Under the pieces are notes generated by a model. It saw nothing but the letters and a program-made list of their open reading frames with translations, had not been told where the DNA came from and did no database searches. A program made the position numbers and the translations under genes. From positions 32,001 to 96,000 of the forward strand of contig CAVPNL010000003.1 in assembly GCA_963706575.1 (NCBI GenBank): a DNA stretch of 64,000 nt, read 5' to 3'. The stretch is from an uncultured delta proteobacterium. Lineage in GTDB: Bacteria; Desulfobacterota; Desulfobacteria; Desulfobacterales; JAHEIW01. The first letter of the stretch is position 1. Every line of letters begins with the position of its first letter. This document shows, in pieces, positions 41,143 to 51,450 of the stretch.

Positions 41143-42180
41143 TTAATATTTAAATGGCCAAGTCTTCCAGTAAATTTTGACTCGCCGGTAAATACCGAAC
41201 AATCCTTGGGGTTCAATAAGGAGCGTTCCGACAATTATCAGGCCGAAAATGCCCAATTTGAAATCGACGATAAAGCCGCTCAATGCCGGGTATGTGCCCT
41301 TAATTAAATCCACAATATAAACAATTCCATGGGGAATACCGGTGATTAAAATAGCTCCCAGGACGGAACCCAGAACCGTCCCCAAACCGCCCATGATGAT
41401 CATGGCGATATAGGCAATTGAAAGCGAGATATCGAAACTGCCGGGAACAATCCAGCGGTTGTAATGAGCCATAAGGCAGCCTGCAACTCCGGCATAAAAA
41501 GCACTGAGGCCGAAGGCCATAACCTTATATTTTGCAAGGGAAATGCCCATGGCTTCGGCAGCAATATCTCTGTCGCGAATGGCAATAAAATTTCTACCGA
41601 TCTTAGAGCGAACTAGATTTTTCGTACACAAAACGGCTAAGACGTCAAACGACGCTATAAAATAAAAGTAGTGTCTTTGTGATTTGATTTGAAATGGCCC
41701 CATGGATATGCGTTTCACAGCCATACCCAAATCGCCCTGGGTTAAATCCCAGTGGAATAGAATGTATTCGATGACAAATGCGAAGGCCAGGGTCCCTAAA
41801 GCCAGGTACAATCCTTTCAAGCGCAATGAGGGAATTCCGATGATCAACCCCAAAATGGCCGCTATAAGGCCTGAAAACGGAAGCGAAATGATAAAGGGTA
41901 GGCCCAATTTTCCGGTTAGGAGGGCTGAACTGTAAGCACCAATGGCTGCAAAGGCACCATGCCCAAGAGATAGCTGACCCGTAAACCCGATCAACAAATT
42001 GAGCCCTAACGCCCCGATGACGGCGATACCCATCTCATTGAGGATGCTTAGCTGGTAACGGTTCAGAAAAAATGGTGAAACGATCATGAGCAAGACCAGA
42101 ATTGCCATCCAGGTTTTGACCCATAGATTCTGGAAGATGGCCGTATCTTCCTTGTAACTGACTTTGAATTTACTGCTCAC
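41143..42180 (-). CDS. Liv-type ABC permease (LivM-like)
   Basis: GQLSLGHGAF, LRLKGLYLAL, AIRD..AAEAMG. Confidence 0.9.
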   Translation of the reverse strand: MSSKFKVSYKEDTAIFQNLWVKTWMAILVLLMIVSPFFLNRYQLSILNEMGIAVIGALGLNLLIGFTGQLSLGHGAFAAIGAYSSALLTGKLGLPFIISLPFSGLIAAILGLIIGIPSLRLKGLYLALGTLAFAFVIEYILFHWDLTQGDLGMAVKRISMGPFQIKSQRHYFYFIASFDVLAVLCTKNLVRSKIGRNFIAIRDRDIAAEAMGISLAKYKVMAFGLSAFYAGVAGCLMAHYNRWIVPGSFDISLSIAYIAMIIMGGLGTVLGSVLGAILITGIPHGIVYIVDLIKGTYPALSGFIVDFKLGIFGLIIVGTLLIEPQGLFGIYRRVKIYWKTWPFKY

Positions 42181-42196
42181 GCTGGTTCACCTTTTT

Positions 42197-43096
42197 TTAT
42201 ACTCGCTCCACTTCCTTTTTACCGAAGATGCCATAAGGCCTGATCATCAAGACCAGGATCATGATGACAAAGGCGGTTACATCTTTGATATCGCCGAAAT
42301 GAAACCCCGCGACCTCCATTCCGCTTAAATAACTGGCCGCGAAACTCTCAACCAGGCCGACAACGACACCCCCGATAATGGCACCCCCGAGGCTTTCCAT
42401 TCCACCTAAAATGGCGGCGGACATTGCTTTTATGCCAGTATGCCTCATGCCCGTATACACAAAGCTTTGCTCGGCCAAAAATATTCCGGCAACACTCGCC
42501 ACCAGGGCCCCAATGGCCCAGGCCAACATTTGCATCTTTTTGACATTGATACCCATTAATCCGGCTGTATCCGAATCCTCAGCCGTACCCTTCAGAGCAA
42601 CCCCCAATATGGTTCGATTGAAAAACACGATGAATAAAATGAAAAGAATGATGGATACGGCAATGGTTGACAACGAAGATAGTGTAAAAGTCATGTTCCC
42701 GCTGGCAACCGTCTTACCGATAAACGGTGAGCGAATTGAATAGGTATCATGTCCCCAGAATAAGCCGGTAAAACAAACAAGTATACTGGCCAATCCGATG
42801 GTCACCATAACGGTCGTGTGCATGGGTTCGCCAACCAGCCTTCTGAAAATCAGCACATCGATGAGGGCTCCCAACGCAGCGCCCAGCGCAATTGCTATCA
42901 AAAATGAAATCAAATAAGGGATATTGAGCAGTGTTGCAAAGTAATAACAAACATAAGCGCCCACCATACAGAGTTCGCCATGCGCGAAATTAAGAATTCC
43001 CGTGGATTTAAAAATCAAAACGAACCCGAGGGCAATTAACGCATATATCGCCCCCGTAGATAATCCACTAAAAATGATATCGATGATTTTTTCCAC
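42197..43096 (-). CDS. Liv-type ABC permease (LivH-like)
   Basis: YALIALGF, NFAHGE, RPYGIFG. Confidence 0.9.
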   Translation of the reverse strand: MEKIIDIIFSGLSTGAIYALIALGFVLIFKSTGILNFAHGELCMVGAYVCYYFATLLNIPYLISFLIAIALGAALGALIDVLIFRRLVGEPMHTTVMVTIGLASILVCFTGLFWGHDTYSIRSPFIGKTVASGNMTFTLSSLSTIAVSIILFILFIVFFNRTILGVALKGTAEDSDTAGLMGINVKKMQMLAWAIGALVASVAGIFLAEQSFVYTGMRHTGIKAMSAAILGGMESLGGAIIGGVVVGLVESFAASYLSGMEVAGFHFGDIKDVTAFVIMILVLMIRPYGIFGKKEVERV

Positions 43097-44898
43097 TATG
43101 CGTACATCTCCTCGATCTCTTTTTGGAACCGCTTTGCAATCACTTTGCGCTTAACTTTTTGGGTAGCGGTGAGCTCTTCGTCGTCTTGGTCCAGTTCTTT
43201 TTCCAGGATTTTAAATTTCTTAACAGTCTCTACTCTGGCCAGGGTTTCGTTTACCATTTCAACTTCATGTTTTATCAATTCGTAGACTTCGGAATTTTGG
43301 GCAAGACTTTTATAGGTGGTATAGGCGATCTTGTTGCTTTGAGCCCAATTCCCCACATTGTCGTATTCAATCTGAATCAAGGCCGTAAGATACTTCATTC
43401 TATCACCTACGATGATGGCCTCTTTGATATAGGGGCTGCATTTCATTTTGTTTTCGATCTCTGAAGGAGATATGTTTTTCCCACCCGACGTGATAATGAT
43501 GTCCTTTTTACGATCAACGATATGGAGTTGCCCATCCTCATCTATCTCGCCAACATCACCCGTATGCAGCCATCCATCCCGAAGAATCTCCCGGGTCGCT
43601 TCAGGGTCCCTATAATATCCGGCGAATACGGAATCGGCATGAATAAGGATCTCACCGTCATCCGCCAACCGCAGTTTTACTGACCGGATGGGCTCTCCCA
43701 CGGCACCGGCCTTGATTTTATGATGTGGCCCTGTTCCCCCACCACAGCTTTCAGTCAATGCCCACATTTCGATGGCATAGACACCCAAGGAATGGTAAAA
43801 TTTAAGAATCTCGGGGGCTATGGGAGCACCACCGCTCATGAGCAGTTTACAATTCAAAAGGCCGAGCTTTTCTCTCACCGACCTAAAGCTCCAAAGATAT
43901 CCCAACCAGTAGAGAAAAGTCCATAAAAGAGGGCGCTCCTTATTCGTCATCCTATATTGAGCAACTCTCTCTCCCACGGGTTTCCAAAAGTGATACATGA
44001 ATCTCTTGAAGCGGGTCGTATCCTCAATTTTTATTTGTACTGTCGAATAAAGTTTTTCAAGGATCCTCGGAACTGCCGCAAAGAATGTGGGGGATATCTC
44101 TTGAATATTTTGTTGAACGGTATCTATGGATTCGGCAAAGTTGACCGTGTAGCCGATGACCAGCGGTATGCATACGGAAACGCCTCGTTCTAAGATGTGG
44201 CAAAGAGGCAGGTAAGATAATACCGAATCCTTATCTGTAAATTGGAAGATGTCGTTTATTGCGTATATATTGTAGATGTGGTTTTGGTGCGGAATCATAC
44301 AGCCTTTAGGAGGTCCTGTTGTCCCGGAAGTATAAATGATAAAAGCCTTGTCCCGGGGTTCCGTTTGGTCGACGAGTTTGTAAAATCGGTCGGGGTTTTT
44401 TTGGTCAGCGCTACTTCCCAGATCTTCGACCGCGCTAAAGCTGATGATCATCGGATCGTCGTAATGGCGCAGCCCCTTCATATCGATGACGACGATATTT
44501 CGCAGCATTGGGAGGCTGTCTTTAACGGCCAGCACTTTGTCCGTCTGCTCCTGATCTCCGACGATCACGAATCGCGATCTGGAGTGATCGAGGATATATT
44601 TGACCTGGTCTTCAGAATTGGTCGCATAAATCCCGACGGAAACGCCCCGCAGACTCTGGGCGGCAATGTCGGCAAATACCCATTCCGGGCAGTTTTCCCC
44701 CAGAATCGAAACATGATCACCGGCCTGCATGCCAAGCTCGGCCAATCCCAGTGAAAAATTTTTGACCTTTTCCAGATAGGTGTTCCAGGATATTTCCTGC
44801 CAGATCCCCTTGTACTTCTCGCGCATGGCCACCCGATCCTGATACATGCGGGCTTTTTCAACCAGCAGTTTGGGATAAGTTGTGTTCGGTTTTTCCAT
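43096..44898 (-). CDS. Long-chain acyl-CoA synthetase embedded in the transporter operon
   Basis: YTSGTTGPPKG, YLPLCH, TGD, ELTATQKVKR. Confidence 0.9.
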   Translation of the reverse strand: MEKPNTTYPKLLVEKARMYQDRVAMREKYKGIWQEISWNTYLEKVKNFSLGLAELGMQAGDHVSILGENCPEWVFADIAAQSLRGVSVGIYATNSEDQVKYILDHSRSRFVIVGDQEQTDKVLAVKDSLPMLRNIVVIDMKGLRHYDDPMIISFSAVEDLGSSADQKNPDRFYKLVDQTEPRDKAFIIYTSGTTGPPKGCMIPHQNHIYNIYAINDIFQFTDKDSVLSYLPLCHILERGVSVCIPLVIGYTVNFAESIDTVQQNIQEISPTFFAAVPRILEKLYSTVQIKIEDTTRFKRFMYHFWKPVGERVAQYRMTNKERPLLWTFLYWLGYLWSFRSVREKLGLLNCKLLMSGGAPIAPEILKFYHSLGVYAIEMWALTESCGGGTGPHHKIKAGAVGEPIRSVKLRLADDGEILIHADSVFAGYYRDPEATREILRDGWLHTGDVGEIDEDGQLHIVDRKKDIIITSGGKNISPSEIENKMKCSPYIKEAIIVGDRMKYLTALIQIEYDNVGNWAQSNKIAYTTYKSLAQNSEVYELIKHEVEMVNETLARVETVKKFKILEKELDQDDEELTATQKVKRKVIAKRFQKEIEEMYA

Positions 44899-44945
44899 CG
44901 GAAAAATCCTGAATCCGGCCAAGCCGGAGCCAGAAAGGGTAACCA

Positions 44946-45017
44946 AATCACGAAAGACCGAAAACGCGAAAGGAAAAGATAATTCTTCAGGCTTTCAAAT
45001 TTTCGTGTTTTCGTGAT
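44946..45017. repeat. Imperfect intergenic inverted repeat (REP-like)
   Basis: ATCACGAAAGAC-GAAAA ... TTTTCGTGTTTTCGTGAT. Confidence 0.5.
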
Positions 45018-45049
45018 GAAAAAATTAGCTAAAAAATCTAAAGCTATAA

Positions 45050-45853
45050 TTATGGGGCAGCCGCTTGTTGGGTTTCTCCCAGGTAGGCTTTTATTACCTG
45101 GGGATTCTGGGCAATCTCCTGGGGAGATCCTTCGGCAATTTTGGTCCCGAAGTTCAGCACCGTTACCCTGTCGGAGAGATCCATCACCACACCCATCTCG
45201 TGCTCCACCAGGATGATGGTGATGTTCATCTCTTCACTGATGTCCATCATATAACGGGCCATATCTTCAGTTTCTTCAACATTCATTCCGCTGACGGGCT
45301 CATCAATCAACAGCAGTTTGGGTCTCATCGCCAAAGCCCTTCCCAGCTCCACCCGTTTTTGCAATCCGTAGGACAGGCTGCCTACCGGTAATTTTCGCAT
45401 GTTCTGTAAATCCAAAAATTCGATAATTTCTTCAACCTCATCGCGACAGCGAACTTCTTCTTGCAAACACTTCCCCCAGAAGACTGCAGCTCTTAAAAAG
45501 CCATATCGCATCGCATGGCCTCGTGCCGACATTAGGTTGTCTAAAACCGTCATCCCCTTGAACAATTCGATATTCTGAAACGCACGGGCGATTCCCTGCT
45601 GTGCAATCTTGTGGGGTTTCATTCCCATGATCTCACTGCTTTCGAACAAAATACTTCCCTCTTGAGCCTGATAAATACCGCTGATACAGTTGAACAACGT
45701 GGTTTTACCAGCGCCGTTGGGCCCAATGATCGAATAAATCTCGCCGTTGTGCACCGCAAGGGATACCGTGTTCAGCGCCTGGATTCCGCCGAAGCTGATC
45801 GAGAGCTCCACAACCTGCAATTGAAGAGACTGATTGTTTTCTATGAAAGCCAT
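45050..45853 (-). CDS. Liv-type ABC ATP-binding protein (LivG-like)
   Basis: GPNGAGKT, LSYG, IDEP, VEH. Confidence 0.92.
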   Translation of the reverse strand: MAFIENNQSLQLQVVELSISFGGIQALNTVSLAVHNGEIYSIIGPNGAGKTTLFNCISGIYQAQEGSILFESSEIMGMKPHKIAQQGIARAFQNIELFKGMTVLDNLMSARGHAMRYGFLRAAVFWGKCLQEEVRCRDEVEEIIEFLDLQNMRKLPVGSLSYGLQKRVELGRALAMRPKLLLIDEPVSGMNVEETEDMARYMMDISEEMNITIILVEHEMGVVMDLSDRVTVLNFGTKIAEGSPQEIAQNPQVIKAYLGETQQAAAP

Positions 45854-46635
45854 CTTTTCCTGCGTTTGTAATGTTTGACTTCCCGGAAACTTCTACGGAC
45901 ACCTGTCTCAGACAACCCCAGATAAAATTCGCGGATATCTTTGTCCTGGAGTAACTTCTGGCTGGTTGCTTCCATCACGATTCTGCCGTTTTCCAGGATA
46001 TATCCGTAATGGGCAATGGACAGGGCCATATTGGCATTTTGCTCCACAAGCAAAATGGTTATATCTTCTTCCTGATTGATACGCCGGATAATCTCGAAAA
46101 TTTCCTCCACAATCAAAGGGGCCAGACCCAAGGAAGGTTCGTCCAACATTATTAGTTTGGGGCTGGCCACCAGAGCCCTGGCTATAGCCAGCATCTGCTG
46201 TTCGCCGCCGCTCAGGTAGCCCGCGAGTTGTTGGACGCGGCGAGGCAGGAAGGGAAAGTAACCGAAGACCATTTCTTTATTTTTTTGAAAGTCAGCCCGA
46301 TTTATCAGGCTGTAAGAGCCGATTATCAAATTTTCTTCGACGGTCAACTCTGCAAAAATCCGCCGCCCCTCGGGTACCTGTAAAATCCCTTTGGATACGA
46401 TTTCATGAGGTTCCCTGTCGTTTATCATCTCACCTTCAAAATCGATGCTCCCGTCTTCGACCACTAAATCCAGCGTTTTGCGTATACCGGAAATGGTATT
46501 GATGGTGGTTGACTTACCTGCTCCGTTTGCCCCCAATAAGGTCACAATTTTTCCTGCTGGAATTTCAATAGAAATTCCCTTGAGCGCAAGAACAATATCA
46601 TTGTAGGTTGTCTCCAGATTGGTTACCTGCAACAT
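45841..46635 (-). CDS. Liv-type ABC ATP-binding protein (LivF-like)
   Basis: GANGAGKS, VPEGRRIF, LSGGEQQM, LDEPSLGLAP. Confidence 0.92.
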   Translation of the reverse strand: MLQVTNLETTYNDIVLALKGISIEIPAGKIVTLLGANGAGKSTTINTISGIRKTLDLVVEDGSIDFEGEMINDREPHEIVSKGILQVPEGRRIFAELTVEENLIIGSYSLINRADFQKNKEMVFGYFPFLPRRVQQLAGYLSGGEQQMLAIARALVASPKLIMLDEPSLGLAPLIVEEIFEIIRRINQEEDITILLVEQNANMALSIAHYGYILENGRIVMEATSQKLLQDKDIREFYLGLSETGVRRSFREVKHYKRRKRWLS

Positions 46636-46663
46636 ACAGTCTTTCCCTCGAAGGCGTCACGTA

Positions 46664-47815
46664 TTAAAGCCCATATCCGGCACCGATGCGAGCCTTTAAT
46701 GATTCGAGGCTGGCACCGGCAGTTGTCAGCGACATGGCGTCCCGTACATAACGCTGAATGTCGTACTCCATGGTGTATCCGTATCCCCCATATATTTGCA
46801 ATCCATCCATAGCTGCCCGGCGGGCGGTTTCAGATGCCCTACATTTGGCCATGGATATTTCTCTCGAAAACGGCTGTTGTTGATCGGCCAGCCAGGCCGC
46901 GCGGTAAAGCATCAGACGGGCGGCTTCAAGGTCAAAGGCGACTTCAGTCAGCATGTTGCGAATGACATTGAACTTGCCGATGGCCTGACCGAATTGAACG
47001 CGCTGCTTGGCATAGGCAAGGGTGTAGTCAAAGGCACCCTGAGCCAACCCCACAGCCTCAGAAGCCACTGCCAGCAATGCGATGTCTAAAATCTGCCCCC
47101 ATTGTTGATCGGCCCGGCCCAACTGGTCCGACCCGCCGAGAACATCCTCTTCACCGACTTCGGCTGCGTCGATGCGCACCCGGCAAAAATTGAGGCCTTT
47201 ATAGCCGAGTTTTTCGATCGGTTCGACGGTCACGCCAGGTGTTTTGCGCTTGACACAAAAAAAGGTTAAAGCCTGATCTTCGGCTTCAAAATTCTCATTC
47301 CGAGCCGCTACCAGCAGCAGATCTGCTTTATCGGCATTGCTGATATATTGTTTTTCACCGCTGATACGAAAAATGCTTCCGGTTTTTACCGCAGACGTTT
47401 GAATACCCGCCAGACCCTGATCCGAGTTCTTTTCGGTATGCGCCCAAGCCACCGCCAGTTTGCCTGCTGCACATTTGGGCAAATAAGTTTGCTTTTGATT
47501 TTCACTGCCCAAGGCCGATATTACGGCACCGCCGAAAAACGTCGGGCCGGTGTACCATCGGGCCAGAGCCGGATAGGCCGTCGCAATGGTTTCGGTGACG
47601 ATACAGGCCCCCAGGACATTGCGGCCCTCACCTCCGATTTCTTCGGGGATCATCATTCCGCAAAAGCCCAACTGGGATAACTTTTTGGCAAGCTTGGCCG
47701 GGAAGTCGTTGCGCTCATCCATTTCTGCAACTACATCCCGCGTGCACTCCTTGGAAACCCAGTCATAAATGGCATCTTTGATCATCGCGTCTTCGCGCGA
47801 CAGCTTAAAGTCCAT
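46664..47815 (-). CDS. Acyl-CoA dehydrogenase family protein lacking catalytic Glu (probable beta subunit)
   Basis: RVQFGQAI, QIYGGYGY; no Glu in LDIALL or TTAGA. Confidence 0.85.
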   Translation of the reverse strand: MDFKLSREDAMIKDAIYDWVSKECTRDVVAEMDERNDFPAKLAKKLSQLGFCGMMIPEEIGGEGRNVLGACIVTETIATAYPALARWYTGPTFFGGAVISALGSENQKQTYLPKCAAGKLAVAWAHTEKNSDQGLAGIQTSAVKTGSIFRISGEKQYISNADKADLLLVAARNENFEAEDQALTFFCVKRKTPGVTVEPIEKLGYKGLNFCRVRIDAAEVGEEDVLGGSDQLGRADQQWGQILDIALLAVASEAVGLAQGAFDYTLAYAKQRVQFGQAIGKFNVIRNMLTEVAFDLEAARLMLYRAAWLADQQQPFSREISMAKCRASETARRAAMDGLQIYGGYGYTMEYDIQRYVRDAMSLTTAGASLESLKARIGAGYGL

Positions 47816-47993
47816 TATCCGTATCCTCCTGGTCGTTATTCCGGCCTATCGTCTTAGGTCTTCAATCATTTGTTCGTTTATATACAACGGTTTCAGGTTC
47901 AGAGCCTTTTGACTGCGGAAGTCGGAAATGGAAAGAAATGACTTCTGTCCTTTGGATTTATTTTCCGCATTTCGCATTCCGAATTCGAATCTT

Positions 47994-49139
47994 TCAAAGC
48001 CCCAGTGTTTTGGCAATAATATTTTTCTGAATCTGAGTGGTCCCGCCTCCGATGGAAAGAATACTGACATCCCGGAAATAACGCTGCACAGCGCAGGCCA
48101 TGGTATAGGCGTAATTTCCCATGATTTGCATCGCTGTTAGTGCTATTTTCTTGCCGGTTTCGGCACAAAGGTACTTGCTCATTGAAGTTTCGCGAACGCA
48201 TTCCATCTTATTCGTTTCCTTCCAGGCCGCATAGTATGCCAGCTGACGCGCGGCTTCCAGTTCGGTGGCCATTTCAACGACTTTGTGCTCGATGTCCTGA
48301 AATTTCCCGGCCGGTTGGCTCAGTTTAACCCGTTCCCGGACGTAGTCAATGACGTCGACCAATATTTTCTCGCCGATGCCCAGGGCACAAGACGAAAGTA
48401 CTAAACGCTCGCCGTTGAGCAATCGCATCATCTGTCGCCAGCCCTGATTGAGGCAGTCTTCGCCTCCCAGAATGTTTTGCGGGGCAACGCTCACATTATT
48501 GTAATAAACTTCACATGTATTTGATCCCTTGTATCCCAACTTTTTAATCGGACTGGCGCTATAGCCTGTCGATTTGGTGTCGACCAGAAAGGCGGTGATA
48601 CCCTCATATCGGCCCGGTGCCGTGCGGGTATTGGTGACGGCGATATCTGCCACCCCGGCACCGGATATGAAGATCTTACTGCCATTGATGACATAATGAT
48701 CGTTCATTTTTTCTGCGGCCGTCTGAATGCTGGCGGCATCCGACCCGGCATCCGGTTCCGTCAGTGCAAAGCAGAAAATCAATTCTCCTTGGGCCAGTTT
48801 CGGAAGATAGGCTTCTTTCTGAGCCTTGTTTCCGTTGGTTTTTATGATATTGTTTCCATACAGAAGGACATCTCCGGCAGTCCAGGCCAGTACCGGGAGG
48901 CCTTTGGTAATTTCCTCAAAAAAGACCATTTCATCAATGACATTACCCCCCAGTCCGCCGTATTCTTGCGGCACGTTGATCGCCCAGAATCCCTGGTCAG
49001 CAAGTTTTTGCATCAGCTCAAAGGGAAATTCATCGGCAGCTTCGATGGCTGCAGCAATCTCGGATGAAATTTCCGCTTTTACAAAATTGCGGGTTTTTTC
49101 TTTTAGCCGTCGATTTTTCTCGGTCAGTATATGATCCAT
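47994..49139 (-). CDS. Acyl-CoA dehydrogenase (probable catalytic alpha subunit)
   Basis: ALTEPDAGSD, NGSKIFI, LNGERL, IGGGT. Confidence 0.9.
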   Translation of the reverse strand: MDHILTEKNRRLKEKTRNFVKAEISSEIAAAIEAADEFPFELMQKLADQGFWAINVPQEYGGLGGNVIDEMVFFEEITKGLPVLAWTAGDVLLYGNNIIKTNGNKAQKEAYLPKLAQGELIFCFALTEPDAGSDAASIQTAAEKMNDHYVINGSKIFISGAGVADIAVTNTRTAPGRYEGITAFLVDTKSTGYSASPIKKLGYKGSNTCEVYYNNVSVAPQNILGGEDCLNQGWRQMMRLLNGERLVLSSCALGIGEKILVDVIDYVRERVKLSQPAGKFQDIEHKVVEMATELEAARQLAYYAAWKETNKMECVRETSMSKYLCAETGKKIALTAMQIMGNYAYTMACAVQRYFRDVSILSIGGGTTQIQKNIIAKTLGL

Positions 49140-49149
49140 TTTTTCATCC

Positions 49150-49914
49150 TTAAAAGAATGCACCTCCGTTAACTACCAGAATGTGACCGGTCATGTAATT
49201 CGTTGCAGTTGATGCAAGATAGAGCGCTGTTTGGGCAATTTCTTCAGGTGTGGCCACGCATTTGAGCGGAGTAGATTTAAACTCGCGTTCCATCAGTTTT
49301 TCATTTGTCCAGAGCGCCTTGCTGAAGTCGGTCTTGACGATTCGCGGTGCAATGGCATTGACCCTTACGTTGTAAGGCCCCATTTCCAAGGCCATCTGTT
49401 TGGTCAACATGTTGATTCCGGCTTTACTAATGCAGTACGGTCCCAATCCTTCGGCCGGACTGACACCACCGGCCGAGGAAACATTGATAATATTACCGGT
49501 TTTCTGTTCGCGCATGATCTTGCCGACCAGTTTGGACATCATAAAATAGCCTTTTAGGTTGGTGTCGATGATATGGTCGTATACGGATTCTTTTGTGTCA
49601 ACGATGGGCCCCATGGCCGGGTTGGTGGCCGCATTGTTGACCAAAACATCGATGCGGCCAAAAGCATCCATGGTCTGGTTCACCAGATTTTCCAGATCTT
49701 CTACTTTTTTGGCGTGAGTCGGAATACAAAGTGTTTTTCTTCCCATTGCTTTGATTTCTTCCGCCACTTTTTCCAGATCCGGCAATTTCCGGCTGGCAAT
49801 CACCACATCAGCGCCTGCATCTGCAAATGTCAGGGCGACGGCCTTGCCAATGCCCCGGCTGCCACCGGTAACCAGCGCGATCTTACCTTCAAGCGAAAGA
49901 TAAGTTGTATCCAT
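49150..49914 (-). CDS. SDR oxidoreductase
   Basis: TGGSRGIG, NNAATNP, YCISK. Confidence 0.9.
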   Translation of the reverse strand: MDTTYLSLEGKIALVTGGSRGIGKAVALTFADAGADVVIASRKLPDLEKVAEEIKAMGRKTLCIPTHAKKVEDLENLVNQTMDAFGRIDVLVNNAATNPAMGPIVDTKESVYDHIIDTNLKGYFMMSKLVGKIMREQKTGNIINVSSAGGVSPAEGLGPYCISKAGINMLTKQMALEMGPYNVRVNAIAPRIVKTDFSKALWTNEKLMEREFKSTPLKCVATPEEIAQTALYLASTATNYMTGHILVVNGGAFF

Positions 49915-49980
49915 TGATTTTCCTCCTGAGATTGCTGCTACCGAATTGAGCTAAAATCGCTCATTTAGCATTTAATCGGT

Positions 49981-51414
49981 TCATTTTGCGATCTGGGCCA
50001 TTTCCTCGACCAACTGCTTACACTCTGCCAGCACTTTACCGGCTTCCATAAAAATGGTCATGCGCTCGGCCATCGGTGATCCTTCACCGTGCAAACAGAT
50101 GGTTTCAAGATCCGAACTGGTAATACGGCGAATCAAATCGAACATGCGCAGCCGGTTTTCCGCTGAAACCGTCTTGACGCCCTGTAGATATTTGTCGATG
50201 TCTGCCTGCATTTCGGGCAATTGATAATCCTTGTAACTCGGTGCGGTGACGACCAGACCACCGGCCAGATCCTGAACGATTTTGACGACATCATGATAGT
50301 AATGCGCAAAGTGGTATTTGGCCATGTTGGTGGCGATCGGATTGGGAACCGCCAGACCACCGCGCATGACAAAATCATAGCAGGCGGTTTTGGACAGGGA
50401 TTTGAGAGTTTCGAGGTAAATCACCAGATCGGTAATCTTTTCCCTGACATGAGGGGCTTTGGATATGCCATTGTAATCGGCGATGGCCGCGGCTGCGCCA
50501 ACAAGCTGCTCGGACAGCGGAATGCGGTATGCGCAGCCGGTGCGACGGTGCATGAGGGCAAAATTATAAACCAAAGTGGCGGCAAATTTCCATTCACCGC
50601 ACAGAAATACCCGCTCCCATGGAACCAGTACATCGTCAAAGACGATTAGTGAGTCCGTATGCACCCGAACCGGTCGGGTATTGGGAAATTCCAGTGGGCT
50701 GAGATGGGAGCGGAAAGGGCGACAAACCTGCCGAATTCCCTCAGTGTTGGCGGGAATGGCAAATGAAATCGCGTAGTCCGTATCCTCTTCCGTCATCGCC
50801 CGACAGGGAAGCACGAAAATGTCGTTGCAATAGGCGGCGCCCGTAATATGGATTTTGGCTCCCCGCACTATGATGCCTTTGCCGTTTTGATCGACTTTGC
50901 GGACGTAAAAATCCGGATGGGCCTGTCCGGGATCCGAAGGTCGCAGCATGCGGTCACCCTTGACACAGGTAACCCCGGCACAGGTTGCCAGATCCTTTTC
51001 TTGAAGCTCTTTACGATAATTTTCGATCCTGTCGATATAGTCCTGATTTCCGATGATGTTGGCGGTGATGTTTATCGCATTGAGGGCATCCGCGCCGATA
51101 TCGTGGGCCAGTGGAATATATCCGTCACCCAGCTCTGTGGCTTTGACGATCAGTTCATGGGCCTTTAACAGGTCTTCGGCATTCTGAGGTTTGTAATAGT
51201 AGCGGCTGATCTCCTCACCGTCTTCAGGGTCTTTGATCACTGCCAGATCTTTGAATTCATCTTTTTCCGCCATCTCATAATCAATGGCCATCAAGTCGGC
51301 ACAGACCCCTAGTTCCGGATGGGTGGCGACATTTTCTATCTTTTCGCCTTTATAAAACACCACCCTGCCATCGTTTAAACTTTCCTTATATTGTGCTGCT
51401 GAAATTAAGCCCAT
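49981..51414 (-). CDS. 4-hydroxybutyryl-CoA dehydratase / 4-hydroxyphenylacetate 3-hydroxylase family flavoprotein (divergent)
   Basis: YKESLND, KGDR, GIIVRGAKIH, VFDDVLVPWERVF, DLAGG, HGEGSP. Confidence 0.85.
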   Translation of the reverse strand: MGLISAAQYKESLNDGRVVFYKGEKIENVATHPELGVCADLMAIDYEMAEKDEFKDLAVIKDPEDGEEISRYYYKPQNAEDLLKAHELIVKATELGDGYIPLAHDIGADALNAINITANIIGNQDYIDRIENYRKELQEKDLATCAGVTCVKGDRMLRPSDPGQAHPDFYVRKVDQNGKGIIVRGAKIHITGAAYCNDIFVLPCRAMTEEDTDYAISFAIPANTEGIRQVCRPFRSHLSPLEFPNTRPVRVHTDSLIVFDDVLVPWERVFLCGEWKFAATLVYNFALMHRRTGCAYRIPLSEQLVGAAAAIADYNGISKAPHVREKITDLVIYLETLKSLSKTACYDFVMRGGLAVPNPIATNMAKYHFAHYYHDVVKIVQDLAGGLVVTAPSYKDYQLPEMQADIDKYLQGVKTVSAENRLRMFDLIRRITSSDLETICLHGEGSPMAERMTIFMEAGKVLAECKQLVEEMAQIAK

Positions 51415-51450
51415 TTAACGCTCCTCTCTTTTCATTTTTTTCTACTCGTT

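Noticed and set aside
47846..47995. Small ORFs and TTCCGCATTTCGCATTCCGAATTCGAAT between the ACAD genes
   Set aside because: Looks like low-complexity intergenic heptamer repeats; no support for coding
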